Shown one piece after another: positions 11,106-24,749 of a stretch of DNA of 64,000 nucleotides. The notes under the pieces were generated by a model. It was given only the letters and a program-made list of their open reading frames with translations, had not been told where the DNA came from and ran no database searches. Each line of letters opens with the position of its first letter. The first letter of the stretch is position 1. A program made the translations under genes and the position numbers. The DNA comes from Octopus bimaculoides (taxonomy: Eukaryota), in NCBI RefSeq assembly GCF_001194135.2, contig NC_068981.1, positions 54,815,159-54,879,158 of the forward strand, in the 5' to 3' direction.

Positions 11106-13719
11106 TCTATATATCACCAGTTTAGGAACCGTCAGTTTTGCATCTATTGTTACACCACAGTGTATATAAACCCTAAACTTCTCATACAACTCTCCTTTCA
11201 GTTTCACTGATGAAGGCATCACGTGTCCATATATTTTTATGATGTTTGTTTGAAAACACAGTAGTGCCCGGGAATAATATAGAATATATAATTTTTATAG
11301 AATACTTGTAGAGATAACTTTAACAAGTAATATATCAAGCATTTATTCTATTATGTAGCATGATAATATTTCAAGTGTCTCTTTATTTTAGCTATTCTTA
11401 TATTATTGTTCTGTACCTGACTTTTTCCACTTTTATTGAGCACTCTGCTAATCACTTTGAACAAAAGAAATATTTTCATTATAAACGCAGTATATTTATA
11501 CTTATAATCTCTAGGTATAAATATATATTGCAGCTCATTTAAGGTTAATTTCAGTGAATTAAGCATTGTTATAAAGTGTGTTACAAAGCAAATCAAGTGT
11601 TTTTGCGATTCATATCTTGCTGTTTCCATATATTATCATATATTATCAATTCTGCTTAATGCTTTGCAGTTCTGTTGATGATAGCATCATGTCTCTGTGG
11701 ATTTCTTTGAATGTCTGACTGCTAGAAGCATAGTTGTGTCCACTGGAGATATAGAATATATGTATTTATTTCTTGTAATTTCATTATGTTTGCAAGTGTC
11801 TCTTTTTTTTGAAGCTGTATTTATATATTATACTACTGCTCTAAACCTGATCCCCCCCCCCCCGTTTTCACTTTAGTTGAGTATTCTATTCATCACTTTA
11901 TATAAAAGATATTTTCATTAAAATTGCAAAAGTTCTTATGTTTATAATTACTTTACATTTTTGTGAGTGAGTGTGTGTTTGTCATTGTATCCGTTATCTA
12001 TATAAGTTAGTATTTATATCTGCATGTGTGTGTGTTTGAATGCCTATATTATTGCATTTATATCTAGGTGTTTGTGTATGTGTTTATCATATAGAAATAT
12101 GAAGGAGAGAGTAAAAGGAAGTGAATGTAAATATAATTGAAATATCTCGAGAAAGAGAGAAACAGAGAACTGTTGAGTTATTTTGTAATGTGTTATTCCT
12201 GTTTCTTGTCCTACAGTAGAAACTATTTATATTTTTAGATTCTGCCAAAGTTGTGAGTTGAAATATTGAAACAATTCTTTAAGCTTCCAAATCACTGTTG
12301 TTAATCCTCAGATTAAACTTAAAGGGCAACCTTTTATTTTCATTAAAGTTTATTTCTTCCTTTTGCTCTGTTGCTTCTTATTCAAGATCACCTAAAATGA
12401 ACTTCATAAATTCAAGGGAAACCCTTTGCTATTTCTCATTTCTTTTTATGTTACATCACAAAGTAAGGGATTGAACCTTGTAGAGAAGGATTTAAAGACT
12501 GTTTATTTTAAAGGTCATGGGATTAGCTAAAGGCAGTGCAGAGAGAATAAGTATTTCTCATGTTAGCATGAGGTATTGAGTTTTGAAAAGCAACATTGGA
12601 AATTATTAGGTATGTTCTTTTCCCAAGGGCATCAAGAACTTAAGAAACTGGAAGGAAAAAAGCATCAGAAATTCTGTTCCTTGAGAGCTTTGATCTTTCA
12701 ACAAAAAGTGTGTGTGTGTGTCCTTAATTTTTTTTTCAGATATTTTTCTGAAGATTGGCTTTTAAGAATTACTAAAACATAAACTTTTTTCTGTCTGCCT
12801 CTTTCTTTGTGTGTGTGTGTGTGTGTGCACATGTGTGCACACACACACACACACACACAAATACATAAATGCATTTATGTTTGTCATACATCACACACCC
12901 ATGTGTGTGCATTTTTGTAGTAGATTTCGTAATAGAAAGGCCTATAATAATTGTGAAACTTTGATAAAAACCTCCATAAAGTTAGCTAAGTTGAGTAATT
13001 CTAATGAATCAATGCCTTGACTTTATATAATTCAGGTAGGAAGTGATGTACTGGATGACATATACAAAATTTCTAAAAGGATTAAAATTTGTCTCTTAGT
13101 TAGAGAGAGAAAACAGTAACCTAACAGCAAATGTTAGAAATTCCTAAAGAAAAGAGGAAATGATTTTAAGAAATGAAGAATTAATCTCTTAGAGAGTTGA
13201 ATTTTCATGCTTATAGTGGAAAAATCAGTTTTTTTTTTTATCAGGTAAGGGGATAACTATGGGCATGTTTCAGTATTATGAGACCTCAGTAGCAAAGCAT
13301 AGTCATCTGAAACATGATTTTTCAGATATTTTTCTCTTAAGTTTTCGGTTTTCTGAGAAATTGATTCTTGTGTTCTTAAACCCTTTTGGTGAGAAATGTT
13401 TCCACTAGCTTTTGTTTTCTATCTCCCACTCAGGAGGCAACTTTCATCCTTTACATCATCTACTTGAATGTGAGAAAATCTTGATTAGTTTTAAAATGCT
13501 TTGAAATAACTCCAGGCAAAATTGCTATGAATGAAACTGGTTTTTCTTCTTCTTATCATTATTATTTCATACTTCCTAAGTCTGGCTTTGGGTAAAAAGT
13601 ATAATCTGCAAAATAATAAGGGAGGATTATAACTGATTGAATTAATTAAGCTTCAGTTCATTATTGATACTTGTCCCTTAATAAAATGTGATGTCAATCC
13701 AGCATGATGATAATAATGA

Positions 13720-13975
13720 TAATCCTTTCTACTATAGGCACAAGGCCTGAAATTAGGGGGAGGGGTAAGTCGATTACATCGACTCCAGTACTCAACTGGT
13801 ACTTATTTTATTGACCCTGAAAGGAGGAAAGGTGAAGTCAACCTTGATGAAATTTGAACTCAGAACATGCAGATGGACAAAATGCCACTCAGCATTTTGC
13901 CCAGCGTGGTAATGCTTCTGCCAGCTTGCCACCTTAATAATAATAATAATAATGATAATAATAATAATAATAATG

Positions 13976-14023
<48 letters not shown>

Positions 14024-15310
14024 GTTTCAAAGTTTGGTACAAGGCCAGCAAGTTCAGGGGAGTGATTAAGTCAATTACATTGACCCCAGTGTTCAATTGA
14101 TCTTAATTTTATCAATCCCAAAAGGCAAAATTTGAACTTAGAATGAATGTAAAGATAGCTGAAATACCACTAAGCATTTTGCCCAGCATGCTAATGATTC
14201 TGCCAGCTCACTGCCTTAACAATAATAATCCTTTCTACTGGAAGCACAAGGCTTCAAATTTTGGGGAAAGGATTAAGTCAATTACATCGACCCCAGTGTT
14301 TAACTGGTACTTATTTAATCGACCCTGAAAGAATGAAAGGTAAAGTTGACCTTGGTGGAATATGAACTCAGAACATAGCAACAGACAAAATACCGCTAAG
14401 CATTTTGCCTAGCAACTCGCCACTTTAATGATAATAATAATAATTTCAATTTTTTGCCACAAGGACAGCTTGGGGAAATGGGGATGAGTCAATTACATTG
14501 ACCCCAGTGTTCAGTTGATACTTATTTTATCGACTCCAAAAGGATGAAAGGCAAAGTTGATCTCAGTGGAATTTGAACTCAGGACATAGTGGCAGACAGA
14601 ATACTGCTAAGCATTTTGCTCGGTGTGCTAATGATTCTGTCAGCTCACCACCTTAATAATAATAATAATAATAATAATAGTAATAATCATGATGATGATG
14701 ATGATCCCTTTTGTTTTAGGCACAAAGCCTGAAATTTGGGGGAGGGGGATAGTCGATTTCATCGACCCCAGTACTCAACTGGTACTTAGTTTATCAACCT
14801 TGAAAGAATGAAAGGCAAAGTTGCCCTTGGTGGAATTTGAACTCAGAACATGACAGCAGACGGAATATCACTAAGCATTTTGACTGGCATGCTAACAATT
14901 CTGCCAGCTTGCCACCTTAATAATCATAATAAAAATAATCCTTTCTGTTTTAGGCACAAAGCCTGAAATTTGGAGGAGGGGGATAGTCAATTTCATCGAC
15001 CCCACTACTCAAATGTTACTTAGTTTATTGACCCCGAAAGAATGAAAGGCAAAGTTAACCTTGGTGGAATTTGAACTCAGAACGTAGCGGCAGACAAACA
15101 AATAAGAATCCTTTCTACTGGCCTGAAATTTTGGGGAAGGGATTAAGTCGATTACTTTGACCCCAGTGCATAACTGGTACTTATTTAATCAACCCTGAAA
15201 GGAGGAAAGGCAAAGTCGACCTTGGCAGAATTTGAACTCAGAACGTAGTGACGGGCGAACTACCGCTAAGTATTCCATTCAATGTACTAATGACTTTGCC
15301 AGCTCACTGC
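13720..15310 (-). mobile_element. Tandem array of about 7 same-orientation SINE-A copies separated by (AAT)n
   Basis: A ~200-bp unit recurs starting near 13720, 14021, 14227, 14445, 14705, 14938 and 15107. Confidence 0.88.
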
Positions 15311-15351
15311 TTTAATACTACTACTACTACTACTACTAATAATAATAATAA

Positions 15352-15670
15352 TGGTGCTGATTCTGCCTGCCACTGTTGTGGTACAACCAGAGAAACAATT
15401 GACCTCCTAATCTCTGGATGTTCTACATTAGCCTCAAATGAATATATTACTCACCATTATAGATTTGGTCAGCATTTGCACTGGATCATAAGCCATTAGT
15501 CTGGACTCCCATACAAAGTAAAAATGGTGGGGACATAAGCCTACCAAATTAGTTGAAAATTACAATTCTTTGGGACTTATGTATCCAAGCTGGTTATGCT
15601 ATACAAGCCAATAGATCAGATTTGTGGTAAAAAATTACATCGACAAAAGATGTCTGTGCATAGATTGCCT
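15352..15670 (+). mobile_element. Second R4/Dong-like LINE C-terminal remnant
   Basis: 'CHCCGTTRETIDLLISGCSTLASNEYITHH...HLHW...ILWD...QANRSD', starting immediately after (AAT)n. Confidence 0.7.
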
Positions 15671-16361
15671 AAATCTACAATGTATATTAAGTTTGTACTG
15701 GAGAACAATATATTGTTTCCAGTGTGTACTGATGTGTTTTGACGAGAGTTTTTTTTCAAGCAACATACAATGTCTGTATTTCATGAGGATATAAATGAAT
15801 GACGTATGTATGTAGAATATCTGGAACCATTAGAGCAGCTGTGTCCATAAGTAGATGTTACAAGGAGTATGTGGTGATATATACAACACAAAAGTATTAA
15901 AAACATTGAGTTGCAACACATCAACTATAATAATTCATAGGCATAGAAAGTCTAGCTCAAACTATGACAGAACAAACATGAGAAAATTATGATTATTTAT
16001 GACTTGTTGTAAGGCACACATAATGTCATGTTTATATAATGTCTAAAAATAAGCATACTAAACTTTCACTACAATTTTGTAACCATGATGACCCAACTCT
16101 GTCGATTCAAACAGAAATTTTATTTCTTTCCTTCCCATTCACTTATATTTTCTCTTGATCATTGTTTTCTACTTTCATGATTTACTTGATGTGATATATA
16201 GTGTGCTCTGTATTATGTAGTGTTTGTTAAATGGTTGTTTTAGTGTTGTGGTATGATTTATGATTAGCAAATTCTCATGAGGCCTGCTGCAAGAAAAATG
16301 TTACTCATCTCCTACTTAGAAAATACAAAGTATTGTATCTATTATGGTTATCTATCTGCAG

Positions 16362-16676
16362 CAGAGGTTCTCAAACTTTTTTGGTCACTGCCCCTCTCAT
16401 GGCCACATAATACCCTCAGTGCCCCTACCGCTATTTTTATGTATAAATAAATATTTTATATTTCACTTATATATACTATGAATCATTTGATATTTAATAT
16501 AATATTATATAATTTGTGTACAATACTATAATAATATTATAATAAATTCATAGTGTCCCCCAATTCACTGCCTTCCTCCCAATACCTCCTTTTTCTCTAC
16601 CGCCCCCTTAGGCACCAGCGCCCACCTGGACTGGCTCAATGGTGGGGGGTGGTAGTGCTCACTTTGAGAATCTATG
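16362..16676. mobile_element. hAT-type MITE
   Basis: TIRs CAGAGGTTCTCAAA and TTTGAGAATCTATG. Exact 8-bp TSD ATCTGCAG at 16354-16361 and 16677-16684. Confidence 0.85.
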
Positions 16677-16974
16677 ATCTGCAGTATCATTAAAATGATA
16701 GTGAAGTAGTTTAATACTATTTTTATATGTTTAAGATTGTCCTTTTGTTTTGTCTCAGTATTGACTAGTTGTACTGTCATGATAATAATAACCTGCGTAA
16801 ATTCATTCTAATAGTAATTTAGTTTTGTAATACTACTATGGCACACTGATACTCTGCTACAATGTTTAACATATATTATTACACTTCTAGTTGTTATACT
16901 GCTACCACTATTTGCTGTTGCTAAGTGGCTTTATCTTATGTTTTAACTAGTGTATTTTATTATGGCTATATAGA

Positions 16975-17128
16975 CAGATGTAGTTGTGTAGTTAAGAAGT
17001 TTACTTCTCAACTATTTGGCTTTGGGTTCAATCCCACTGCATTGTACCTTGGGCAAGTCTTCTGCTACAGCTCTAGACCAATCAATGCCTTGTGAGGGAA
17101 TTTAGTAGATGGAGCCTGAAAAAAACAC

Positions 17129-17189
<61 letters not shown>

Positions 17190-17470
17190 ACGCACACGTG
17201 TGTATATATGTATGAATGTTTACAATCTGTACTGGGCTATTTTTTACAAAATTTGATATCACAATTCATAGCTGGGGTGCAACCAGTGATGTTTGTTAAC
17301 TTTTTATATCAATAAATTATCTTCTGTCTCTGTACTTTTGAATTCTTCTGGATACAAAAATCACTTGCTTGACAAACAAGTAAAGGTTGGTGACAGGAAG
17401 AACATTCAGCTGTAAAAATTCTGCCTCAAATACCTTCCCTCCACTTAAGCCATGTCCATATGGAATAAAA
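16975..17470 (+). mobile_element. SINE-B with internal (GT)n and an RTE-type tail
   Basis: SINE-B head and CORE-like body, then ggttggtgacaggaagaacattcagctgtaaaaattctgcctc, which resembles the RTE tail at 8050-8150. Confidence 0.75.
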
Positions 17471-18789
17471 GACATTAAATTACTAATAAGCTGATTGCAC
17501 TCAGAGGATTGTAAAAATACATTTCTGTCCATATTCATTTTCAGTCTCCATCTTAAGATTGTTTATGAATTGTATATGTCAGGAAATTATGTGCCCTTAA
17601 AATATCATCTTTTACTTATGTTGTCTTGCAAAACATATAAAGGTAGATACCCCTTTAATGCCACTGTTCTGTTTCTTGTCCGTATTAGTGCACTATGAGT
17701 CTGATAACTTCTATTTGTTTCTTTGCTTAAGATCTTTAATTTAATTCTTCATTGTTGATATAGGTTAGATTCTTGTAGAAATTTGGTTTAAATGAATTAT
17801 TAGGTCATATATTGCCCATTTTGATGTTAACTATATATCTGTAAGGAAAGAAGTGGTATCTGTTTTCAACCAGGTAGAATGCCTGCATCCCATGACTACG
17901 TCCATAAATCAACTAAATTAATTGACATATAAAATCTATTACTTGGCAATGTTTGCCTCTAAAGAAATGACAAAAAGAAAGGAAATTCTATAAATGAAGC
18001 GCATAGTTTAGAGCAGGAATTGATTTTTAGCCAGAGTTTGTTTTTAAAATGTTTTATTTACTGTCATACAAATATCCATTTTTCACCAAGTGATACATAA
18101 TGTTGAAGTATTTCATTTGATTATGTTTAAACATTGGAAATAGTTTTTCATTCAAACATTTCAGGACATCCAAGCTGTCTTGTTATGGATTTTCAATTAT
18201 TTTTTTTATAAGAAAAGATGAATGACATGATTGTTTCATCATCATTTTATAATATTAGAAATTAAGTTTCTATATACTTCTGCAATATTCTGTCTTTATG
18301 TGGCTGTGTTTATATAAAATGATGGTGATGTTACACTAGTTACAAAGTATTATTTCCATTACAATTTTAATTTGGTTCTCATCACAATGTAGTCAGAATT
18401 TATTGTGGATTATCCACTGGACTACTAGCTCCATGTGTTTCAGTTCAAATGCACCACAAGTGTTTTGTTGTCTCTCTGGGCTGGGAACTCAGTTCTATAT
18501 GACTCATTAATAATCTTGTTGTGGAGAATATGTTCCAGAATCTTTGTACAAATTTTCTAGAGTATATTCTATTGGAGGATATCTATTTCAGGTTGAAATT
18601 AAAAATGGAAAATATCAGGCTTTATGGCTGCTTGCACTTTTTTAAATGCATTTTTATATTATTATCTGTTGTTGCTTTCTGCTGAAATATAAATATGCCA
18701 AATGCTACAATCTTTTATTATTGGTCATCTAATACCTTATCCTCAAAACTTCCAAGCTAAGTTGACTGCTTATAATTTACATCCATTTC

Positions 18790-19600
18790 TCATTTTTGGA
18801 TATGAAGATTCATGTCAAACTGAATCATTGTACTCTAAGGTTTACTACCTCCTCCCCCCTGCACTTTTTCTGTTGCACATTAAAGACCTACCTAATAAAA
18901 CGTCTTGCATACTCTCCTATGAAGATGACATTAACTTTCATTCCTCCTTAACCTTTGAGAACACCAGCAACATTCAAACACAATCTAGACTCCTCACACT
19001 TGACAGATATTGAACTTATGAGCATAGACTTTGAGAACAGCCTGCAATGAGGATGACTTGATAAATCCTTTTCAACAGAACAAATATACAATGGCTATAC
19101 TTTATCAAGAAAGCAGTCTTGTACCTCATCCTTTCTGGTAATGAACAACACACAACTAATACCTGCAAAGTCATGTCAAATGTTAGGATTCATATTCTTT
19201 GATGATCTTTCAGAGCAATTCCCACATATATAACATTGCCAAAACTGCATTACAGGGACTTGGGTTTCTCTTTTGTGCCAATAAATACTTTGGCTTCAAT
19301 CAGATGCTAATATTTCATAAAGTTTAAGAGCCACACTGAAGTATTGCTTACATATAGAGAAGAGTGATGCCCTTGGACAAATACAAAAGGCTATCAGATT
19401 GATTGCCAAGTCATTAATGTTCTTCATTAGCTCACAGATACTCTCAACTTCTTGTATCGGTAATAAAATGGTCTATACTCCTCTGAATTAGCCAACTGCA
19501 TATCTTTTCACTTGTCTTTCTTCTTCCTATCACTGTTACTGTGTTTCACTTTCAAGATTTCACAATCTATACTTCACCCAAACTTTTCTTCCTAGAATTG
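18790..19600 (+). mobile_element. CR1/Jockey-like LINE reverse transcriptase remnant
   Basis: 'PALFLLHIKDL...SYEDD' corresponds to the RT 'PxLF...INDL...YADD' motif. A thumb-like 'HI.NIAKTA...LGFL' follows with frameshifts. Confidence 0.65.
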
Positions 19601-19890
19601 TCTCACTCTCTGAAATTTTTTCCTCTTTTACATTTTCCCTCGCTTTTATTTAAAGTGCAATATATATTCAAATACTGGATTATTTTGAAATACTATTACT
19701 TAAGTACTCCCAAAATAATCTTCTCCATACACATTTGTAAGTACGTAGCAGCTTATAGAAATAATTTTTCAATGAAAACCAGAAGGAAACAAAGGGTGTT
19801 TTTTATGGTCTACAAAGTTTCATCATCATCATCATCGTCATCATTATTATTATTAAATGTTTTAAAAATTATTTCATTTTCTACTTTCAG

Positions 19891-20039
19891 CTGTTCAGCA
19901 AGAAAGAAAGCCACCTGATTCTGAGAAGAAAGCTCCTACAGCTATGGCTACTTCAACTCAGAGAATCTATATTCGCAAAGATCTAAACAGTCCAGCTGCT
20001 GCAATTCCCAATTTTTCCAATCGTATATCTGAAATAGAG
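19891..20039 (+). CDS. NR2C: NR2C (TR2/TR4-like) nuclear receptor exon: T-box/hinge (AVQQERKPPD...QRIYIRKDLNSP...)
   Basis: Acceptor ctactttcag, donor GAG|gtaggg. 149 nt, phase 1 to 0. The translation matches the TR2/TR4 'SVQxERKP...EKIYIRKDLRSP' segment (family knowledge). Confidence 0.93.
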
Positions 20040-20463
20040 GTAGGGCCATTCTGCCATATTTCTTATTTTCTTAAATGTTTTTCTCTTTATACATTAAAAC
20101 TTATATTTTATGGCAAACAATGAAAGATTATGAGCATTGATTTGTTGCTTCGTCGTAAACATTTTGACACTAATATTTAGGAAAGTCTTATAGGTAAAAC
20201 CCTGTCAGTGTCATGTTTATATTTCAAATGTGACTGTGCATTTATGGTAAACACTTGTGTACTGATGGTGTTGCTGTACTCCATCTCCAAATGCAGGATT
20301 TGATTTCTCATCAGGCAGTGAAACAGCTTTGTAGCCCCCACCAAAACCACCTCCAGTGTGACACCAGAGCTGCCCGCTGACATAGGTCGCAAATCTCCCA
20401 CACAACATTATGAGCTTTGTTGAGTCAGATGTTACAACTCTGGACCAAGTGTTTCTATCATAC

Positions 20464-20700
20464 TCAATGTTTGATCGTGCTGCACCGCTCTTCCTCCCTC
20501 ATGTGCCAGATGTAATGGCTTGCTTTCTTGACAGTTTCTGATAATTTTCTAGCAACATTTCTACTCTCCTTTGCTGCTGGTCCAAGGCCTCTGATTCCAT
20601 CAAATTCTCCAATAAGAAGGCATATTACCTTCTAACCATTGTTCAGCCAACTCACTGTATTTTCTGTCTTGCATTAGGAAATTGTTTTTGATGTTCACTA
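20464..20700 (-). mobile_element. Possible Hero/NeSL-type RLE LINE C-terminal remnant
   Basis: Frameshifted 'DRKYSELAEQW' followed by 'GIRGLG....NVARKLSETVKKASHYIWHMR'. The similarity was judged by eye. Confidence 0.4.
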
Positions 20701-21045
20701 AGCCAATAAGCCTGCATTGTTATTTAAAAGATAAACAGATGTCTTTCCCAAGTGAGGGATATCTGCCTCATGATGTAGAAGTTGAAGATAATCTCTCACT
20801 CTGTGAGGCAAGAGGCAAATGTATTTGAGAAGAGTTTAACTTAAATGGGAAAAAGCTTCAGGTTTATTAAGTTGATAGCTGAGATGCTGAAAATGTCAGA
20901 TTAGGATTATATTATACTAGTTAGTTACAACATCATGTCATGTACACAGCTCACATTTCTATTTACTTTCAAACCCATGGATGTCATGTACCTTTTTATC
21001 TGAAATTTTCAATGACAACAATTTAGTATTCTATTTGATCCCCCC

Positions 21046-21125
<80 letters not shown>

Positions 21126-21899
21126 CACTGTTGTTTCATTTATCTGTAGTTTCATTTATCTGTAGTTTCATTGAATTACTTTTGGTGTCAAAAGTTTTCA
21201 TCATATAATTTGGAAAAGTTTTTGAAAAACTGTCAAATTTGCTAAGGTTTTAGAAATTAAAATGTAGATGATTGAAAAGCATGCAAGCGCACACACACAT
21301 GTACTTTGTTCATATCAAAAAAGTTAAAGGGTGATCTATCTTAAAACAATCATATTTATAAAAAGTCAGTTACTCTGTGAAAGATGTAACGATGTTCCCA
21401 AGCAACTTTAAAAGTTCTAATTGCTGAGAATTGTGCCTTGGAGCATAGCACAATTTCCATTCCTAATTCCAAATTATTTGTTTAGCTGCAGAAAGAGAAT
21501 TCAGTTATAACATCAGAAATATAAAAAGCAAACTTTTTTCCAGCATGCAAATATCTAAATTTTCAAAACTTGTGATACCTATAATAGCATTGGGAATTGA
21601 CTGGAAAACACATTTTACTATATCTTTCCTATATTATTCTCTATCTTTTCTCTACTATTCTTTCAAAGATTGATTTGTTAGTCTCAAATTATTTTTGAGA
21701 GCTTTCAAACTATCCTGTTCAAGGTTTTTTCGTGATTAACACCAAACTTTGACACAGATTAACCTAGTTTTCCTTGGCATTTATTTTCGTCCTATATTTG
21801 TATATTACTAGGCTATCAATCATCTTCCCTTCTTGGTTGGTGTTTTTTCACTCATTTCAAATAGATGAATAATGTTAGTTTTCAGAATGTGATAATTAC

Positions 21900-22100
21900 A
21901 AGCAACACAATAACAACATTTATCTTGGCATATGCCCCACAGGTAGAACTCTCAGAAGAACAAAAGGATCATTTCTATGAGATGCTTCTGTAGACTACCT
22001 CAGCAATGAGTGACAGCAACCTCATTATCGTAGCTGGTGACTTCAGCAAATATGTTGGGTGACACCTTGATGCTTCTGTGGTTTACTTGGAGGTTATGGT
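21900..22100 (+). mobile_element. RTE-type AP-endonuclease fragment
   Basis: 'AYAPQVELSEEQKDHFYEMLL*...LIIVAGDFSKYVG'. Confidence 0.7.
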
Positions 22101-22844
22101 TCCAGAAATGCTTTTTCTAATACTGATTATTTAACATCTTAATAAAATTTACTAAAATCCAATTATTCTAATATAACATCATCATCGTTTAATATCCGTT
22201 GTCCAGGTTTGCCCTGAAGGTTGTAGGATTAGTAGTCTAGCATTTTTTTAGCCAGAGGATTTTCAAGTTTTCAGAGTATAAGAAATTCCATTACTTAATC
22301 TTTATACTGAATTATTCTCTGTTCAATTATAAGTTAGCTTTGATTGCTCACTTTAGAGAGACAAAAAACTCAGTATATGAAGTAGAGTTCTATTCATTCA
22401 TTGTTTGACACTAAAGACTTATTTCATGAAGAACATTTCGGGAACTGAGAACAGAGATGCAAAAGAATTTAAGTGCATGTGTGTTTGTGTGTGTAGGTAG
22501 GTGTCTGTCTTCCTGCTTTCCCAATAATATATAAACTATATATATATTAATTGTAAACCACTTATGTGATAAGTTGTCAAAGGATGGATCTTGAGCCTAC
22601 AGTGGATCGTGGAATATGTGCTGGAGTATACTCCTGTGTGACTTTATGTATACATTGCATATTTGGTCAATACATGTGAATGTATGCATAACCGGAAGGA
22701 CAAATCCGTATTTACTTCAGTAAAGTATGTAGTGTTCGTACACTGTGAGTGCACAGGTGCACTATCCCCAACTCTACCTTGGTGCCTTTGTTATTTAAAT
22801 ATCTTGATTCCATCAGATCCTGAAAATTTTATATATGTATATAT

Positions 22845-23996
22845 AATAAACACTGTAAACAAACAGGAAACAACTTCTATCTCATTCCAGGGAGAAAAAC
22901 TAGAGGTAGTCGATAGCTTCCGCTATCTGGGTGACCAAGTTAGTAGTGGGGGTGGGTGCGCTGAAAGTGTAGCTGCTAGAATAAGAATAGCCTGGGCAAA
23001 GTTTAGAGAGCTCTTACCTCTGCTGGCGACAAAGGGACTCTCACTCAGAGTAAAAGGCAGACTGTATGATGCATGTGTACGAACAGCCATGCTACATGGC
23101 AGTGAAACATGGGCTGTGACTGCTGAGGACATGCGTAAGCTCGCAAGGAATGAAGCCAGTATGCTCAGCTGGATGTGTAATGTCAATGTGCATACCCGTC
23201 AGAGTGTAAGTATCTTGAGAGAAAAGCTGAACATAAGAAGNNNNNNNNNNNNNNNNNNNNNNNNNNNNNNNNNNNNNNNNNNNNNNNNNNNNNNNNNNNN
23301 NNNNNNNNNNNNNNNNNNNNNNNNNNNNNNNNNNNNNNNNNNNNNNNNNNNNNNNNNNNNNNNNNNNNNNNNNNNNNNNNNNNNNNNNNNNNNNNNNNNN
23401 NNNNNNNNNNNNNNNNNNNNNNNNNNNNNNNNNNNNNNNNNNNNNNNNNNNNNNNNNNNNNNNNNNNNNNNNNNNNNNNNNNNNNNNNNNNNNNNNNNNN
23501 NNNNNNNNNNNNNNNNNNNNNNNNNNNNNNNNNNNNNNNNNNNNNNNNNNNNNNNNNNNNNNNNNNNNNNNNNNNNNNNNNNNNNNNNNNNNNNNNNNNN
23601 NNNNNNNNNNNNNNNNNNNNNNNNNNNNNNNNNNNNNNNNNNNNNNNNNNNNNNNNNNNNNNNNNNNNACCGCCTGACTGGTCTTCGTAGGGTTTTCAAG
23701 CGAGATCGTTGCCAGTGCCCCTGGACTGGCTCTTGTGTGTGTGGCACATAAAAGACACCATTTCGAGCGTGGCCGTTGCCAGTACCGCCTGACTGGCCTT
23801 CATGCGGGTGACACGTAAAAGCACCCACTACACTCTCTGAGTGGTTGGCGTTAGGAAGGGCATCCAGCTGTAGAAACTCTGCCAAATTAGATTGGAGCCT
23901 GGTGTTAACATCCGGTTTCACCAGTCCTCAGTCAAATCGTTCAACCCATGCTAGCATGGAAAGCGGACGTTAAACGATGATGATGATGATGATGAT
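22845..23996 (+). mobile_element. RTE-clade LINE 3' portion spanning an N-gap
   Basis: 'GEKLEVVDSFRYLGDQVSSGGG...RIAWAKFRELLPLL...SETW' is open up to the gap. The 3' UTR repeats and (GAT)n tail follow it. Confidence 0.92.
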
Positions 23997-24370
23997 ATTG
24001 GTTAGAATTCCTAACTCTTACTAAGGTGGCACAGGTTTGAACTCATTATATAGGTAGAACTTAGGTGCAAAAGGCATGGCTATTGTGGTTAAGAAGTTTG
24101 CCTTTCAAATACATAGTTTCAGGTTCAGTCCTACTGCTCAAGAACTTGAGCAAACAATCAAACAGTTAATTGGTTAAAAAGGTTAACTAATTGACCAATA
24201 AAAATAAAGAAATCCTGGTGCTTATTATTGACTTAATCACCCTCCTGAGATATCAACAAATACACACACATATATATATATGTATTAGTAAATTGTAATG
24301 CTTTGATGCCTCACTTATGTCGTATGTTAATCAAAGAATTGATATGTGTGTGTGTGTGTGTGTGTGTGTA

Positions 24371-24718
24371 CAGCAATCTCCCACATTATAGGAGTGATGT
24401 GTTCTTGAGAAACTTGTAACCTGAAATTCTTTAACGTGAAATTAATTTTCCTATTGACTTTTATGTTATAAAGTGATAATATGTTCTGATGGATATTTTC
24501 AGTACCAAAAAGAAAAAGGGGGAAAAAAGAAACTAAAATTACACAGTTCAGTTTGTGTACATAAAAGCATATGAAGAAAAATACATTAAGGAATAAATAA
24601 GAATCATAATACTGTAATAGGATATTTTCTTACTACAGAAGATGTTGACTTCTGTGTGAAAGATTGTGATGGAATGAGAGTTATTGGGAGGGTAAGAAAC
24701 ATGATCTTTTAACTTATA

Positions 24719-24749
<31 letters not shown>

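Noticed and set aside
11207-11270. CUGAUGA-AGGCAUC... as a possible hammerhead
   Set aside because: No properly placed GAAA closes stem II and stem I does not pair. At best a heavily decayed remnant.
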